Positions 12,001 to 25,363 of a stretch of DNA of 64,000 nucleotides are shown piece by piece. Position numbers and translations under genes: made by a program. The first letter of the stretch is position 1; each line of letters opens with the position of its first letter. This DNA is from Octopus bimaculoides (taxonomy: Eukaryota), in NCBI RefSeq assembly GCF_001194135.2, contig NC_068982.1:58102241-58166240 (forward strand), read 5' to 3'. The notes beneath the pieces are model-generated. The model saw only the letters and a program-made list of their open reading frames with translations, made no database searches and was not told the origin of the DNA.

Positions 12001-12695
12001 CATCATCATCATTATCATCGTTTAACGTCCGCTTTCCATGCTAGCAAGGGTTGACAATTTGACTGAGGACTGATGAAACCAGATGGCTACACCATGCTCC
12101 AATCTGATTCGGCAGAGTTTCTACAGCTGGATGCCCTTCCTAACGCCAACCACTCCGAGAGTGTAGTGGGTGCTTTTACGTGCCACTGGCACGAAAGCCA
12201 GTCAGGCGGTACTGGCAACGGCCACACTCAAAATGGTGTATTTTATGTGTCACCTGCACAAGAGCCAGTCCAGGGGCACTGGCAACGATCTCGCTCGAAA
12301 ATCCTACGAAGGCCAGTCAGGCGGTACTGGCAACAGCCACGCTCAAAATGGTGCATCTTATGTGCCACCCACACAAGAGCCAGTCCAAGGGCACTGGCAA
12401 CGATCTCACTTGGCTTGCCGGGTCTTCTCACGCACANNNNNNNNNNNNNNNNNNNNNNNNNNNNNNNNNNNNNNNNNNNNNNNNNNNNNNNNNNNNNNNN
12501 NNNNNNNNNNNNNNNNNNNNNNNNNNNNNNNNNNNNNNNNNNNNNNNNNNNNNNNNNNNNNNNNNNNNNNNNNNNNNNNNNNNNNNNNNNNNNNNNNNNN
12601 NNNNNNNNNNNNNNNNNNNNNNNNNNNNNNNNNNNNNNNNNNNNNNNNNNNNNNNCTTGCCTCACCACCTCAGCCCAAGTCTTCCTGGGCCTACT
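12001..12695 (-). mobile_element. 5'-truncated RTE LINE with ~29-33 bp TSD (contains an N gap)
   Basis: Minus-strand RPRKTWAEVVRQ at 12656-12695, 115-bp tandem units and (GAT)n tail. Flanks 11968-11996 and 12696-12724 are identical over 29 bp. Confidence 0.8.
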
Positions 12696-14459
12696 CTACT
12701 TACCACACAACCACTCCTGCACCTATATGTATATAATTTTTCTGAATTTTTGCATAAACTGGCATTGCAGGCATAGCTGGTACAGAAACAATTGCAACTG
12801 ATCATTAAAGATGTGTTAAAGTATTTCTTTGTCCTGTCATTTGAATTAAACACACACACACACATACACACATTTCTACAGTTTCTATTCATCATGTTTA
12901 CTCACAAGGCATCAGTCAGCCTAGGACTATAGTAGAAAACACTTTCCCAGAGTGCCATGCAGTGGGACTGAACCCTAAAACTATGTGGTTGCAGAGCAAA
13001 TTTCTTAACCACACAGCCATGTTTGTACCACTGTAATATTAAAGATTAGTGAGAGATTGTCCGAGTAAGCAATTTTAAATTCATATGATAAGCAAATCAA
13101 AAATTTAGTAGAAAAGATAACATTAGACAAAGATCTATCCTATGGTTATAAGTTGCCTGCATAACAAACAGACTATTCTAAAAATCTTGGACAAGCATAT
13201 GTTTGAGTACAAACTGAGATTTTACAGAGAAACCAGGTCTGTTCAGTTTATCAAGATGATGATTTATCAAGAAGCTTTTCAGTCTTAGCATAATTTTATC
13301 AATTCTTGGCTGTGAAATTCATCTAGGTAAAAAAAAAAACAAAGTTGGTGGGGGACAAAAAAATTTATCAAAAAAAATTTGGAAATTATACAAATGTGAT
13401 AAATAAGAAGTTAATGCCATTTCAACAATTTAGCAACTGTCTTTCCTTTTTTTTTTTCAATTTTTTTTTGTCTTTCCCATCTGCCCTGCCAACAGCATTA
13501 ATATATCTGATTTCAATTTCAAGACAGGTTTGATGATAATAATAATAATAACAACAACAACAATAACAACACATTCCTTCAGCAGAAAATTGGAATAAAA
13601 GAAGAGAAATAAAATTTAAATTGCACAAAAACTTTGACAACAAAAAAAATGAAAATCAAATAAGATNNNNNNNNNNNNNNNNNNNNNNNNNNNNNNNNNN
13701 NNNNNNNNNNNNNNNNNNNNNNNNNNNNNNNNNNNNNNNNNNNNNNNNNNNNNNNNNNNNNNNNNNNNNNNNNNNNNNNNNNNNNNNNNNNNNNNNNNNN
13801 NNNNNNNNNNNNNNNNNNNNNNNNNNNNNNNNNNNNNNNNNNNNNNNNNNNNNNNNNNNNNNNNNNNNNNNNNNNNNNNNNNNNNNNNNNNNNNNNNNNN
13901 NNNNNNNNNNNNNNNNNNNNNNNNNNNNNNNNNNNNNNNNNNNNNNNNNNNNNNNNNNNNNNNNNNNNNNNNNNNNNNNNNNNNNNNNNNNNNNNNNNNN
14001 NNNNNNNNNNNNNNNNNNNNNNNNNNNNNNNNNNNNNNNNNNNNNNNNNNNNNNNNNNNNNNNNNNNNNNNNNNNNNNNNNNNNNNNNNNNNNNNNNNNN
14101 NNNNNNNNNNNNNNNNNNNNNNNNNNNNNNNNNNNNNNNNNNNNNNNNNNNNNNNNNNNTTTTTTTTTTTTTTTTTTTTTTTTGAGAGAGATAGAGAGAG
14201 AAGAGTTTCTCAATTAGAATAATTTCAGGTATCTGAGACACACAGTCAGCCAGAAATATTAACACTTCTGGCATGTTTAAGGTGTATGGCAGATAATAAG
14301 TCATGTAGAGGACAAAGAAGAAAAGAAAAGGAATTAAAAAAAAAAAAACGACAGTCAATTATTCCAACTGCCACAACTACTTCTACTATTAACAATGATG
14401 ATGCAAATATTTAATGTGACCTTCCAACCAGCTAGAAACAGTAACCAAATCTCCTTACA

Positions 14460-14880
14460 TCATCATCATCAGCAGCAATATTCAACATCCATTTTCCATG
14501 CTGGCATGGGTTGGAGAGCTTGATAGGAGCTGGCAAGACCAGGCTGCTCCAAGTTCCATAGTCTGTTTTGGCTAGGTTTCTATGGTTAGATGTCCTTTCT
14601 AATGCTAACCACTTTACAAGTTGTACTTAGTGCTTTTTCATGTCACCAGTACTAATCCTTTTTATGTGGCACCAGCACCAGTGCTTTTTATATGGCACCA
14701 ACACCAGTGCTTTTTATATGGCACCAGCACCGGGGTTTCTTATGTTGCACTAGCACCAGGGCTACTTATGTTGCACCAGTGCTTTTTGTGGCATCAGCAC
14801 CAAAGCTTCTCTTGTTGCACCAGCAGAAGTGTTTTTTATGTTGCGCCAGCACCGGTACTTTTTACATGGCACCATATTAA
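14460..14880 (-). mobile_element. Older RTE-type 3' end with ~24-bp minisatellite
   Basis: (CAT)n start, TTTTCCATGCTGGCATGGGTTGG motif, then repeated GTGCTTTTTAT(A/G)TGGCACCAGCACCA-like units from 14640 to 14875. Confidence 0.75.
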
Positions 14881-15376
14881 ATAAAGAAAAGACAAAGATA
14901 ACATAGCCTTATAAAATGTTGTTGCTGGCATACCTTTGGTCATAACTCTCAATCAGGGTTGAATGACCATTGGCTAAACAACATCAAATGACAAAAGCCT
15001 CTGCATCTTTTCACCATCATCATTACCATCAACATTTTAGAGTTCACTTTTCCATACCTGCATGAGTCTGACAGAATTCAGTAAGACAGATTTTTTTTCT
15101 ACACCAAGACATTTTTCATCTCACCAACCTCCACCTATTTCCAAGCATGGTAATAATCCTCCAGACTATCAAGCAATGAACAGCCCAGACACAGTTATAA
15201 AGAGCCTTTTTTGTTTAAAAAGAGAGTGCAATATGTCAAGTAGCCCATTGTACAGAAGCATATAACACTGTCTGTATTGACAGTGAGGCTCTTTTGTTTT
15301 GTCTAGTCAGCAAACATGCAGAGAAAATACAAAAAGAAAATACAAAATCAATGACACAAACACATAAATACATATA

Positions 15377-15603
15377 TAGTAATCCCTCGACTATTGTGGG
15401 TGTTATGTTCCAACCAACCTCCCTCCGCAATAGGTGAAAATCCACAAAGTAGAAACAGTACTGTACTGTATATTTTTTTTATTATTGTTATAATGTGTAT
15501 ATATTTATTTTATTATAAATGGAAAATAACACCATGGAGGAGTCAATGTAAGCTTAAATAATAAACAGTGATAGGTGAACCACGGTATGGTGAGGGATTA
15601 CTG
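15377..15603. mobile_element. pogo/Tigger-like MITE
   Basis: TIRs (C/T)AGTAATCCCTC and GAGGGATTACTG with TA on both flanks. Confidence 0.75.
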
Positions 15604-15617
15604 TATTTTCACACATA

Positions 15618-15744
15618 CAGGGTGCCCACCAAGTCTGGGTACCTGGAGTAAATAAAATCATAACATAAACAATTAAATATAAGAAATAATAATTTCTTAA
15701 AGTATGTGTTAATCCCCATGTACCCAAACTTTGTGGACACCCTG
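15618..15744. mobile_element. 127-bp Tc1/mariner-type MITE
   Basis: 25-bp TIRs CAGGGTGCCCACCAAGTCTGGGTAC and GTACCCAAACTTTGTGGACACCCTG (3 mismatches) with TA TSD. Confidence 0.85.
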
Positions 15745-16200
15745 TATATATATCATTTATCTATCACTTGTTTCAGTCACTAGACTGCAGCTTTGATGGG
15801 GCACCACCTAGAAGGATTTTAGTGAAACAAACCAATGCCAGTACTTACTTTTCTTTAAAGCCTGGCACTTATTCTATCAGCGTCCTTTGTCAAACTGCAA
15901 GTTACAGCAATGTAATTACATCAACATCAATTGACAAGTGGTGCTGGGGAACAAACAAATACAAACACACACACACACCCATACATAAATATATTCTTTT
16001 ACTTGTTCAAGTCATTTCACTGCAACCATGCTGGAGCACTGCCTTGAAGGTTTTTAGTCAAACAAATCGACCCCAGGACTTATTTTTCAAGTCTATTACT
16101 TATTCTGTCAGTCTCTTTTGCCAAACTGCTAGGTTACAGGGATGTAAACACACCAACACCAGTTGGTTGAAAAAATCAACCCCAGTACTTATTTTTAAAG

Positions 16201-16515
16201 GACATCACATGGATCAGTGGTTAGAGTGTCAGGCTCACAATCATGAGGTAGTGAGTTTGATTCCCAGACCAGATCGTGTGTTGTGTTCTTGAGCAAGTCA
16301 CTTTATTTCACATTGCTCCAGTTCACTCAGCTGTAGAAATGAGTTGCAACATCACTGGTGCCAAGCTGTATCAACCTTTGCCTTTCTCTTGGATAACATT
16401 GTTGGTGTGAAGAGGAGAGGCTGGTATGCATGGGTGACTGCTGGTCTTCCATAAACAACCCTGCCTGGACTTGTGCCTTGGAGGGTAACTTTCTAGGGGC
16501 AATCCTGAAGGGGAT
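16201..16515 (+). mobile_element. tRNA-derived CORE-type SINE (family D)
   Basis: tRNA-like head followed by CTTGAGCAAGTCACTTTATTTCACATTGCTCCAGTTCACTCAGCTGTAGAAATGAG, resembling the MIR/CORE domain. A second copy is at 35590-35910. Confidence 0.75.
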
Positions 16516-16894
16516 CTTTACCCATTTTTTTACCTTTTTTTTTTTAGTCTGGCAAGTGGTGGTGTTGGGACAAACTCAAGCACATGCATACATATATACA
16601 GATATGACAAACTTCCACACAGTTTCCATCAACCAAATCCACTTACAGGGCATTGGTCAGCCTGGAGCCATAGTAGAAGACACTTGCCCAAAATGCTGCA
16701 CAGTGAAAAACTTAGAAGAATAACACAGTCATTATTAAGCTGGTGTTTGGAACATAAATTAACATGGAATTTTGATGGAATGTTTTAATTTAAATGACTT
16801 TATAATGAAGTTTGTATCATGGAACAAAGGGTGGTCTCAGGTGGGTTGGTACCAATAAGGTAAAAGGCCCTTAAAGGCCAAGTGGAAAAGGTAA

Positions 16895-17114
16895 CCCTTT
16901 GTCATTCAGGTTACTCTGTCAAATGTAATGCTTATATATTTACATTATTTTGAATTACTCTTGCATTGTCTTGTAGCTTTGGGATCTCAATGATGTGACT
17001 CTTTACCTCAGGAGTGACAATGTAGGGTAGGTGTAAGAGGACAGATATGGCTAGTTCGAACATAAAACAGGAAGAATATTTGGGCTAGATATGGCTGGTT
17101 TAAATGCTAAAGGG
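16895..17114 (+). mobile_element. piggyBac-type MITE (~220 bp)
   Basis: Ends CCCTTT... and ...AATGCTAAAGGG|TTAA. Same family as 20530-20744. Confidence 0.8.
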
Positions 17115-18204
17115 TTAAACCAAGTGATGGCTTAAGACCATTGTACCCTATGCAACAGAGTAAACTCCATTAAAAGCACCTAAGGGCAAATTCCAAGGAA
17201 GCAATTTCTTCTATGGAAGTCATCATTATGATCACATGTATAGCACTATAGTATCCCTTTCTAATTCAGTCCATTTTATTCCATCCAATAAGCCTCATTT
17301 TAACAAGATCTCAATTGGAAGATTTCATAAATTGTAAGGTTGTACTTGTTTAGCAAATGACTTTGATCAGAGACTGTCTGTTTGAAACTGGAATGATTTC
17401 TTTGAAGTAGAGACATTATAGCCTGTTAAAACACACACACATACATACATACATACACTTGTAAATATAGATATCTACATACATATATGCATTATATACA
17501 TAAACATGTACATATATATATACATATATCTGTGTGCAGACATATATATATATATACAGATGTACACATTTACATTATATATATATATATTTATATATAT
17601 ATTCATCATTATTTTACTCTGTGCACTTTGTATGGTGTTAGAATATTTTGTATATCATACGATTCACAAAATAATAAAAAAACTGAATATGATAGCATAT
17701 GCCTCCCCCTGCTCTCTCTGTCTCTACACACACATAGACATACATACACACACATACTTTAGTTTAAATGCCCACAGTGGCTATTTATAAAATTTCACAA
17801 GAACTTGTATAATTAGTATTCTCTAACCTCTCTCTTTTTCCTCTCTACAAGCATTTAACCTAAGTTACATGAAGATACTCCAATCCTGCCACAATGAAAA
17901 TAAATGTAAACCAATGCTGACCTACTAAAAATAGGCAAATCTCCCTCACGTACACACATGGCCATCTTAAAAAAATGTAAGCTAGGGTGGATCTTGAGCT
18001 CTAGGTTTTCTATACAGTACACATCGATAGGATGGTGATAGTTGGAACCCTCTTGATCATCGGATGACTTGTCTAACAAGCAACAAACCAATGAGGAAGC
18101 TGGTTTGTCAACCTGCTAAAAATGGCTGCAGCCAAGCCTCACCTAGATTTACAATGATCTACCTTAACAAATGCACTGTACATTACATAATGTAGCCTAA
18201 ATAT

Positions 18205-18720
18205 ACATCATCATCATCATTTAGTGTCTGTTTTCTATGCTGGCATGGGTTAGATGGTTTGACTGGAACTGGTAAGCTAGAGAGTTGCACCATGTTCCAG
18301 TCTGTTTTGGTTTGGTTTCCACAGCTGGATGCCCTTCCTAACACCAACCACTCCACAGAGTGTACTGGGTGTCTTCTACATGTCACTGGCACAGGTGCCC
18401 TTTACGTGTCACCAGCACAGGTGCCTATTGCACGTCAGCAGCATGGGTGCCTTTCATGTGTAACTGGTACAGGTGCCTTTTACATGTCACTAGCACTGGC
18501 CGAGATTACAATTTCACTTAGCTTGATGTGTCTGCTCAAGCACAGAAAAATCTTCAAAAGTCTCAGTCATTTGTCATTGCCTCAGTGAGACTCAACATCT
18601 AAGGATCATATTTCACCACTTCATCTCACATCTTCCTGAGTCTACCTCTTCCACAGTTTCCCTCCACAGTTAGAGATCGATACTTCTTTATGCAGCTGTC
18701 TTCATCCATACACAAAAATG
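18205..18720 (-). mobile_element. 5'-truncated RTE LINE with ORF C-terminal remnant
   Basis: Minus strand MDEDSCIKKYRSLTVEGNCGRGRLRKM*DEVVKYDP*MLSLTEAMTND, then minisatellite 3'UTR and (GAT)n tail. Confidence 0.8.
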
Positions 18721-19929
18721 GTTCATCAGTTACTGCCACTCAAAACATCTTAGCTTTTTAACATTTAAATTGGTCGTATTGGGCTTAAATATTGTGGCTG
18801 TTTTATATTTGAACCAGTCAGATCCAGCCTCTCACACCTATCCTACAATATCATCCTAATAATAAACAAACACAGTATTGAAATCTTGAAGCTACAAGAT
18901 AATGCATGATTAATTCAATCTTATGATAATTCTGTTCCTCCATTACATAGCCTGTCCATAATGCTGCCACGTGATTAGTTGAAGGGGAGGGATGGGGATG
19001 AGAAGAGGAGAGAGATGGGGGATGAGAAGAAGAGGAGAGAGATGGGAGAGGAGGGAGAGAGGGAGAAAGGTGGTGGTGAGTGAAATGTGTACTTTTGTTT
19101 TTTTAACTAAGTTCTTTTTTCCTCTGTTACTTAGCTTGTCTGTAACACTCTCATGTAATTAGTTGAAGAAAAAGGTGAAGAGCAAAAGAAAAAGGAGAGA
19201 GAAAAAGAGGGTAGGGTGAAGAGTGAGAGAGAAAGAGGGAGAGTGCTGTATATTAAGTCTATAAAATTGTGCATAAAGTATATAAAGTGTATATATAAAG
19301 TGCATTAAGTAATTGTCGTATTCCAAATTTCCTTCACTTTTCAATGATTAGCAGACGAGCGACTATCTTTTGATTCAGACACAACACAGGTTACACTTTG
19401 AGGTCTTTTGGATAAAAGTTTCAGAAATAACCCAATAAGTTTACCATTAATTCCATGAAATATTCACGGGTTCTACCCATTCAAAATAACATGGAAAAAC
19501 ATTACATTTGACAGAGAAATCTAAATGATAAAGAGTTAAGGCTTATTAGCAAGAATTGTCTTTACCTTATATCAGAACTCCTCTAGGTCAACTACATACC
19601 CTATTTCTTATATTACCCAACAATGGTGTGTTGTTGCCATTTTGAAATATAGTGAAAGTTAAGATACTGCAGGTATGGCTGTGTGGTAAGAAGCTTGCTT
19701 CCTAACCACATGGTTCCAGGTTCAGTCCTATGTGGCACCTAGAGTAAGTGTCTTCTATTATAGCCTCAAGCCAACCAAAGTTTTGTGAGTGGATTTGATA
19801 GATGGAGACTGAAAGAAACCCATCGTTACAAAACAATGTTTGACCTGTTCTTAGCATATGAAACTAATAGTAGTACATAAAACATGTATTGTGTTTATTT
19901 GATAATATGTGTGTGTGTGTATGTGTGTG

Positions 19930-19969
<40 letters not shown>

Positions 19970-20529
19970 ACTGTGGGTGGAAGAACTGGTAGAATATCAC
20001 ACAACATACATCGTATTTTTAAAAGATGTCACTTCATGTTCTAAGTTTATGTCTTATACATGAGAACTTAGCCATTCTTCTTCTGAAAGTTATTAAAGAA
20101 AATAACCAGCCAAGTAGTAAGGCTAACATATTCAACATATCATTGAATGTGCTGCCCCAGTTTGGTCACAGACTAATAACCAAAACCAGTAAAAGAATAT
20201 TTAACAACAGATATCTTTTCTGCAAGGTCACCAAGTTGTGACATGTCAAGATAGCAGCATTTAAAAAAAAAAATTCTAATCTTTATTGATCTCTGTCCTT
20301 TTGATTTTTTTATTTGTCTCGTTCCTATTCTTAAAACAAATTCACATTTCATGTGTGTGCATTTAAGATGATTTTTCCTTTTATTTTTTGTACATCAAGC
20401 AACAATATAGAGGTTTCCTTGTTGGTTTGAGTGAACAGATCAATGATCTAAGTCATTCTAGTTGTAATTATCTTGACTTTTTGTATTATGTGTCCCATTT
20501 TTTTTTTAAGATGTATGGAGGCAATTTAA

Positions 20530-20744
20530 CCCTATAGGATTCAGATTACTCTGTCAAATGTTATACTTATTCATTCGTTTTGAATTACGCATGCATTATC
20601 TTGTAGCTTTGTGAAGTCAATCATGCAATTGTTATTTTTCAGAATGACATTGTAGGATATGCATGGGAGGCCAGATTTGGCCAGTTTGAACATAAAACAA
20701 ATAGAATGTTTGGGCCAGATATAGCTGGTTTAAATGCTAAAGGG
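20530..20744 (+). mobile_element. piggyBac-type MITE with TTAA TSD
   Basis: TTAA|CCCTATAGGATTCAG ... AATGCTAAAGGG|TTAA. Confidence 0.85.
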
Positions 20745-21046
20745 TTAAATGAATTTGGTTACAATCTCCATCAATTTGAGAAGTCATAAGCAGAGTCTTT
20801 CTTTATTGGCTACTTAAGTATGACTGAAATTTTGTATCTGCTTCTCTCTTGTTATTTTTCATACTTTTATAATTTTTATATTTTCATATCAGTGTCATTG
20901 ATCAAGAAATTGGAATTAGATTTACCTGACATAAACAGATAGAGTGCTAAAGAGTTGCACAAGTGTTTACAGCTATATTGCACCTGTAACCTGACTATAA
21001 CATCAGGACAAGCTTGATTAATCATAGAGGGTGGCTCATAATTTTA

Positions 21047-21928
21047 CATGAAGTGGTATCAAAAGGCCTCTGGACTAGTTATGTGTAATAAAAAAAATAA
21101 CTTATTTACCTAAGTTTTAACATCATTTCCTTCGAAATAGTCACCTTGTGCAGCAATAAACCAGTCCTACGACTTTTGGAATCCAGCCTCAAAGCAATAT
21201 TCTGTGAGTCAAAGACCTTCTGTGATTCATTCTGGATCTTGACAATGGTGTTAAAACAGCAACCTTTGAGCTGCATTTTCATCTTGGGGAAGAGATGGAA
21301 GTCTGCATTGCCAAATCTAGTGAATAGGGCAGGTAAGGAAGTGACGCCATGCTTTTGGCAAGAAACTCATGAGTGTGAGGAGAGCACGGTGAAGAATTCA
21401 ATTCTTCGTGCTCCACAGATCTGATTGCTCTCACCAAATGTCCTCCCTCAAACACTTCCAAACACCACAGTATAACTCATAAATGATAGTCTGGCCCTGG
21501 GGGATGAATTCTTGATGCACAATACTGCAGATGTCAAAAAACAAAAAAGAAACAATGAGCATGCTCTTGACTGAGTTGCAGCCTTGTCATGCCATCTTCA
21601 GTCATGGAGATGAAGGACTATTCTATAGTGATGACTGCTTCTTCATCTTAGGGTCGTAACTAAAGCATACTTAATGTCTCTGTAGCAGACTTCCCAAGTT
21701 TAATGTTGGCTTTTTGTTCCAACTTCTTGTCCATGACAAAATTGCAGACTACAGCATGCACATGATCACAAAAAGACAAACTTCACAACTTGTGAAGTAA
21801 ACACAGCAATATCACTTAGCACATTGCCTCATGAAGGTTACTGCTAGCTCTCACTGTGCATGCAACCATGTGCTGCCATCTGTTGGTGTGCTACAGAACT
21901 AGTCTGGGAACTTTTTGACACCATCTCA
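21047..21928 (-). mobile_element. Internally deleted mariner transposon (pseudogenised transposase)
   Basis: About 33-bp TIRs with TA flanks. Minus strand gives MDKKLEQKANIK-LGKSATETLSML (ATG at 21734), then jumps to YDPKMKKQSS...MLIVFFDICSIVHQEFIPQGQT and HEFLAKSMASLPYLPYSLDL (YSPDL-like). Stops and frameshifts present. Confidence 0.9.
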
Positions 21929-23492
21929 TAAAAGTAATGTTTTAACACACATTTATACAGAAATATTACAGAAAAGAATTGCCAGAATCATAGGAGCATT
22001 GGATAGAATATCTTGCAGCATTCATACTGATTCTCTTGGCTTCGAGTGAAAATCTTGCCATGGTTAAAATTTCAACCATTCGAGGTTGATAAATACATAT
22101 TACCAGTGAATTCTTCTGGACTGATTCAGCCTTGTCACAGCGTGTAACATTAATCTGACCAGAGAACTGCATTACAAATACACAAATTTGTAGAATGCTT
22201 AGTCATTTAAACAGTAGTTTAAGGAGCTGTATGTGAAGTTATTTATATGTATACATTTGGTTGAACAACTGAATGCCCATCATGGAGACTGACTGAGTAT
22301 CCACCACAGAAATATCAGGGTTGAGGGAGCAGAGAGGGCAAACTTTTCAGAGATGTCTAAACCACACTTGGCCTTTCCTTGTCTACATCTATAAGCGATA
22401 TTTCTCAAGAGCTGGGATAATATTCTTTAGGAATTTGTAAAGGAAGCTCACAGATCACAATGTAAAAGTTTGTAAACATTGAGATAATCATATACTATGA
22501 GAAGACAAGAATCCTTTAATTTTCAAAAATTTTCATAAAAGAAGGGTTTTATTGAAATGTCACGATATTTGCCTCCATACAGCAAGCAAATTTACCCAAA
22601 TTTGCCAACGTAACTAAATAAGTTTTGCTGACACATAGACCATTATTAGTTTCTTTGAGTTCTTGTTTTTATTTTCACTCCATAAACTTTGTACCAGAAT
22701 CTTAGCAAGTGAGACAACTCTTCCCTTCCATTCATGCATGTGTTAGAGGTTACTTTAATTAATTTATTGAAATTTGAAAAATCTTAAGAAATATCGATAG
22801 AAGAAAATCTGAAAGCAAGAAAGAAAAGAACTTAAGGTTACAAACGTCAAATGCCTCACCAGCTTTCTCCCGATGTCGCATACACACACGCCATTCACTC
22901 AGCCTATATAACTGTTTTATAACGGTACCTAATTAGATCCATGTCGATGATAAGGCTTCTCTACGCAAGTGTTTCTCACTTCCCACCATCTTGTTGAAGT
23001 AATTGACGGAGACAAGTATTTATCTCAAAATTTGTAGCCCTCTTTGTGTCAGTGTGAGAGAAGAGATGATGTATGTATACTCATATACACTAACGTACAC
23101 AATTTCGCTGACACATGCTAACTATGTATAATGAACAGACATACACAATGTTTCATAGAAACATACAGAAGAGAGAGAGAGAGGGGGGGGGGAAGAGGGA
23201 GTGCGTGTGTGTAAACAGAATAAATGAATATATTTCATTTACCTATTCCATTTGTGCACATTCACTTATGAATGTGCACAACACACACATTCATACAGGC
23301 ATACATACATATAGATTCATGCATATATCTATATATGCACACATAATCATACCTATATCTATATACATACATTTATCTTTCTCTCTCTCTATCTATCTAT
23401 CTCTCTCTATATATAGATAGATATGTCATAGATAGACAGATGTGTGCATGCAGAATGTACGTGTATTATCTATATGCATACAAATATATGTA

Positions 23493-23530
<38 letters not shown>

Positions 23531-23557
23531 TGCACACACACACACACATATACACAT

Positions 23558-23590
<33 letters not shown>

Positions 23591-23622
23591 CATATATACA
23601 CACATGCATACACACACACATA

Positions 23623-23657
<35 letters not shown>

Positions 23658-24264
23658 TACATATACACACATACAGATACGCACAGATATATGCATGTAT
23701 GTTATATATATGTATGAATGTATAAATCAACACGTATGTATACTGTGCCCGAATGGTTTCCTTCACTATATTTAGAGAATAGTTATCTCGTTCCGTTGCC
23801 ATACACACAAATAATAAAAGAGTTGCTTTTCAAACAGTAATAAAATGTCCTCGGTCTAAAGTGCAGACGTATAAATGCCTGAGTAGGTTTATCATCAAAC
23901 AGCAAGCTTTTGGCGACAGCACTTCTTTAGAATGAATGAAGGGACAGAAGAAGAAAACAAGAGTGGGAGACAGAAACAAATAAACAAGAATCTGAGGTCA
24001 AAGTAAAAGCTATGAATGAACTTCGAAAGGAGAATAATGAGAGAAAGAGTAAGGATGGTTGAAAGAAAATACATAAAATTAGTTGATAAAATGTACGTAA
24101 AGGAGAATTATTGATAAAAAAAAAAGAAAAAAGATACAAAGAGAGATGGATGGAAAAGTTCGTTGACAGAAGACTTATGCTGTTTCAACATCATTTGCTA
24201 CTGACCCTTCCAACTCTTGTTTTACATACATACATATATGTAGATATACATATGTGTCTGTATG

Positions 24265-24311
<47 letters not shown>

Positions 24312-25363
24312 NNNNNNNNNNNNNNNNNNNNNNNNNNNNNNNNNNNNNNNNNNNNNNNNNNNNNNNNNNNNNNNNNNNNNNNNNNNNNNNNNNNNNNNNN
24401 NNNNNNNNNNNNNNNNNNNNNNNNNNNNNNNNNNNNNNNNNNNNNNNNNNNNNNNNNNNNNNNNNNNNNNNNNNNNNNNNNNNNNNNNNNNNNNNNNNNN
24501 NNNNNNNNNNNNNNNNNNNNNNNNNNNNNNNNNNNNNNNNNNNNNNNNNNNNNNNNNNNNNNNNNNNNNNNNNNNNNNNNACATACATACACGCAGACAG
24601 ACAATAACAATAATTTTTGTAACGACTCAAAGCCTAAGATTCACAGATGAAGTTGTTAATATTGTCTAACCCCCAGGTCAGTCATGATCTCGAAGAATTA
24701 TGATCAAATGCATTCTAACCATAACCATTATGTTTTTTTCTTTTTTATGTACATCAAAGATTGCATTTTCCAGTAGTCATTTTCTTTTAGTACACTAGGG
24801 TAAGATTTGACAAAGTTTTAGCTCTTATTTATAGCAAATCGAGAAATTACATAGACACTCTGGTTAGATTGACAGAAGTGGCCTTAATCTTCGGTTATAA
24901 TTCTATGCACATCTAGGATGTTTTGCAGTAAAATCGGTATACTTAAATAAGTGTGCCTCCCACCATAGACTTTGTTTCTTCATAACTTTCATAAAAAATG
25001 GAAGTTTTCTAATGGAATTTTCTATAGATACCTTTCAGAATGTGCAGATTACAATTATACCTGGACTTTAAAAAAGAAAATTGGTGAGCACGTACACATG
25101 CATACAGATACACATAACAAAAATGTCTACAAAATGAGAACCTGAAATTTAAAAAAAAAAAAAAAAAAAAGTGATGGGTGTCAGTATGTAATGTGAGTAT
25201 ACTCACCAATTTTTTAGCACTGAATTCCAATATAGTGGTAATCTACACCATCTGAAAAGTATTTGTAGAAAATTTCATTAAAAAAAAAATCTATATTTCT
25301 GAAAGTTATGAGGAAACAAAGTCAGAGGGAGTGCACTCTTATGTAGGTATACAAGACTATTAA

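Noticed and set aside
12073-12801. 242-aa plus-strand ORF and similar ORFs at 4349-4809 and 9657-10202
   Set aside because: They are reads through the GC-rich tandem 3'UTR of the RTE element and N gaps, with several frames open at once; not genes.
7568-20945. Plus-strand exon chain (7623-7740, about 12778, 17308, 17852, 20900) giving a helical-looking peptide ending ...SLIKKLELDLPDINR*
   Set aside because: Assembled by hand-picking splice sites. One acceptor skips a better upstream AG, an equally consistent minus-strand chain can be built, and I recognise no homology.
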